Assembly (NCBI RefSeq): GCF_018977255.1
Contig: NW_024705376.1
Span: forward strand, 1-50,413
Origin: Callorhinchus milii
Lineage: Eukaryota
Direction of reading: 5' to 3'
Length of the DNA stretch: 50,413 nucleotides
Position numbers and translations under genes: made by a program. Shown one piece after another: positions 48,236 to 50,413 of this stretch (position 1 is the stretch's first letter; each line of letters starts with the position of its first letter). The notes below the pieces were generated by a model. That model did no database searches and was not told the DNA's origin. It saw only the letters and a list, made by a program, of their open reading frames with translations.

Positions 48236-50413
48236 TAGCCCCCCGAGGTGCCAGTCCCCGTCCCGGGTTGACTGGAGCACCTTGCTTGGGCCGCGCCCAC
48301 GAGGAAACGCTGCGGGGTCCGGGGGATCCGTCCGGACCTCGTGGCTGGTCTCGGGGCGGGTGGCTCCGTCCTCTGTAGCTCCTGCGGCGGCCTCCTCCTC
48401 CACTCCAGCGGCTCTCCCTGTCCCTCGGTACCTGCGGGCTGGGGTACAAACTCAGAAGCGGAGGGGTTTAGGGGCCGTCGTCCGCGCCGTCCCCTGGCGG
48501 GGTCGGGGCGCCTCGGGACTGGGGGTCCGGCGGGGCTCATGTAGTGCGCGAGGCCCTCGAGCCCGGGTGGGGTGGGGGTCCCGTGGGTCCGCGGTACTCC
48601 GGTGGCGGGGATCTCCTCCGCCGGAGCTGCTCTCCATGATTTTAAACGGCGGACGTTGACCACCGTTTCGCGTCCTCTCTCTCCACATTGGATCAATACC
48701 GTCCAGGGGGAGATTTGCCGCACCACGGTCCACGGTCCCCGCCAGTAGGTCGTCAGCTTCCCCACCTGTCCGGTCCCGACGCGAGGAGTGTGTAGCCATA
48801 CCTTTTCGCCTGTCGAGAAGAGGGGGGCTCCATGCGGGGGCGGGTGCTCTGCTCCTGTCGCCGATGCGCAGCCTCCCCGTGCGGGTAGGCCCGGCCCCGG
48901 ACCCCTCGTAGGGTCTCCATCAGGTGCTCGACGGGGCGGCTCCCTTCCTCCGTTTGGGGTGGGGGAACGCCGAACAGCAGATCTGCGGGTAAACGAGACT
49001 CACAACCAAACATCATTAGGAACGGGGTTTGTCCCGTCGATGTGTGCACAGTGGTGGTGTAGGCGAACAGGGCGTAGGGGAGGTGTTCGTCCCAATCCCG
49101 TTGATGTGCGGCCGTCATACGTTTGAGCTTCCCCGCTAAGGTCTGATTCATGCGCTCCACCATACCGTTCGCCTGGGGGTGGTAGGCTGTGGTTCGGTCC
49201 TTCTGGATTCCGAATTCTCGGCACAGCGCTTGGAACAACTCAGCCTCGAACTCGCTACCCTGGTCGGTGAGGACTCGTTCGGGGATCCCATGCTTAAGTA
49301 CGTAATGCTCTACGAATGCTCGGGCCACCACCAAGGCCGTTTTATCAGGGATGGCCACTGCCACGGGGTAGCGGGTGAAATACTCCAACGCTACGAGGAT
49401 ATACCGGTTGCCTCGATGGGATCGTGGGAATGGCCCCTGTAGGTCGATCCCGACCAGCTGATTCGTGCGGCTGACGCGGAACGGCCTTAGGGGTACCTGG
49501 TATCGTGCCGGTTTCGGCCCGCACTGCTGACAGGCGCGGCAGCCCTGTACCCAGGCCGCCACGTCTTGTGCCAATTTGGGCCAGAGATACTGGCGACGCA
49601 GGGTCTCTCGAGTGCGTCGTTCCCCATCATGGCCCCCGAGTGGGTGGTCATGCACCAGCCGTAGCAGCTGGGGTCGCACCTGGGCAGGAACACAGATGCA
49701 CCCCGGCTGGCCGGCCTCGGTTAACTCCCGTACCACTCCGTTCTGCACACACAACCGGGCATACAAACCGCTCCAGGGTCCTGGTAGGGCGCTCTTTTCC
49801 TCCCGCAGTGCCGCCTCCACTGCCGCCAGATCCGGATCTCGCTGCTGGGTCTGTCTCAGCTGCTCGTCGTTTAGGCCCGGGAAGGCGCAGCCGACGTCCT
49901 CCTGGATCCGTCCGATCGGGTCCCGAGCCGCGGGTCCCGCGCTTGCCGGGCGGTCGACGGGATCCTCGGTGCCACCTGTGAGGGTCTCTGTGGCGCACAC
50001 TGCACTCTCTCTCGCTGGGGGGGGGTCAGTGGCCGCGGCCTCTCGGGGGTCCGTTGCCTGCCGGCAGCGTCCCCCCGTGAAACACGGGCAGGCCTCCTCC
50101 GCCCTTGTCTCGGCGTACACCGTGGGCCGCCTCGACAAGGCGTCCGCGTTTGCATGCGTCCGGCCAGCCCGATACTCGATTTGCAGGTTGTACTCCTGCA
50201 ACTGCGCCAACCACCGGGCCATCTGCCCCCGCGGCTCCTTGAATGTAAGAAGGAACTGCAGAGCATAATGGTCAGTGCGTACGCGACATCTCCTGCCGTA
50301 CAAATACGGCCGGAACTGTTTGCATGCGAAAATCACGGCGTACAACTCTTGGCGGGTCACGCAATAGTTCAGCTCGGCCCCACTCAAGGTCCGGCTGGCG
50401 TACGCGATGACTC
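48130..50413 (-). mobile_element. Ty3/Gypsy pol: RNase H and integrase (continues beyond the window)
   Basis: VIAYASRTL..ELYAVIFA..F..YLYG..TDH..ADALSR (RNase H); H-x6-H..CxxC; VGIDL, LTDQGSEF and NGMVERMN (DDE); GPY/F-like WRGPW module in a shifted frame (48130..48765). Confidence 0.95.

Overview
Eukaryotic, repeat-dense vertebrate DNA, most likely lamprey (inferred from very GC-rich exons, V-SINEs, a fish-type IR/DR Tc1 and pervasive minisatellites). Host genes: (1) two paralogous KRAB-less C2H2 zinc-finger genes pointing outward at the window ends (minus strand, coding from 941; plus strand, coding 42315-43632), each with a homologous ETS-CRE promoter and first exon; (2) a plus-strand L1CAM/neurofascin/NrCAM-family gene (16057 to about 32720) whose exons can be read by hand as signal peptide, Ig1-Ig5 and then directly a transmembrane exon, with no Ig6, FnIII or FIGQY tail visible; (3) an intact tRNA-Arg(CCT). 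Mobile DNA: two young RTE-like LINE copies, a full-length Tc1, the 3' half of a Gypsy element with its LTR, a pogo/Tigger-like MITE, two SINE families and a probable non-autonomous Helentron. The most notable element is a family of short Penelope-like insertions (more than 15 copies). They carry a minimal hammerhead ribozyme with covarying stems, and many are fold-back palindromes with a one-sided ~30-nt tail and 9-13 bp target-site duplications. Two minisatellites have traceable origins: one amplifies an exon's 5' splice site about 37 times, and one derives from the LINE's zinc-finger coding sequence. Many frameshifts are single-base homopolymer losses and may be assembly errors. All coordinates and alignments were read by eye.
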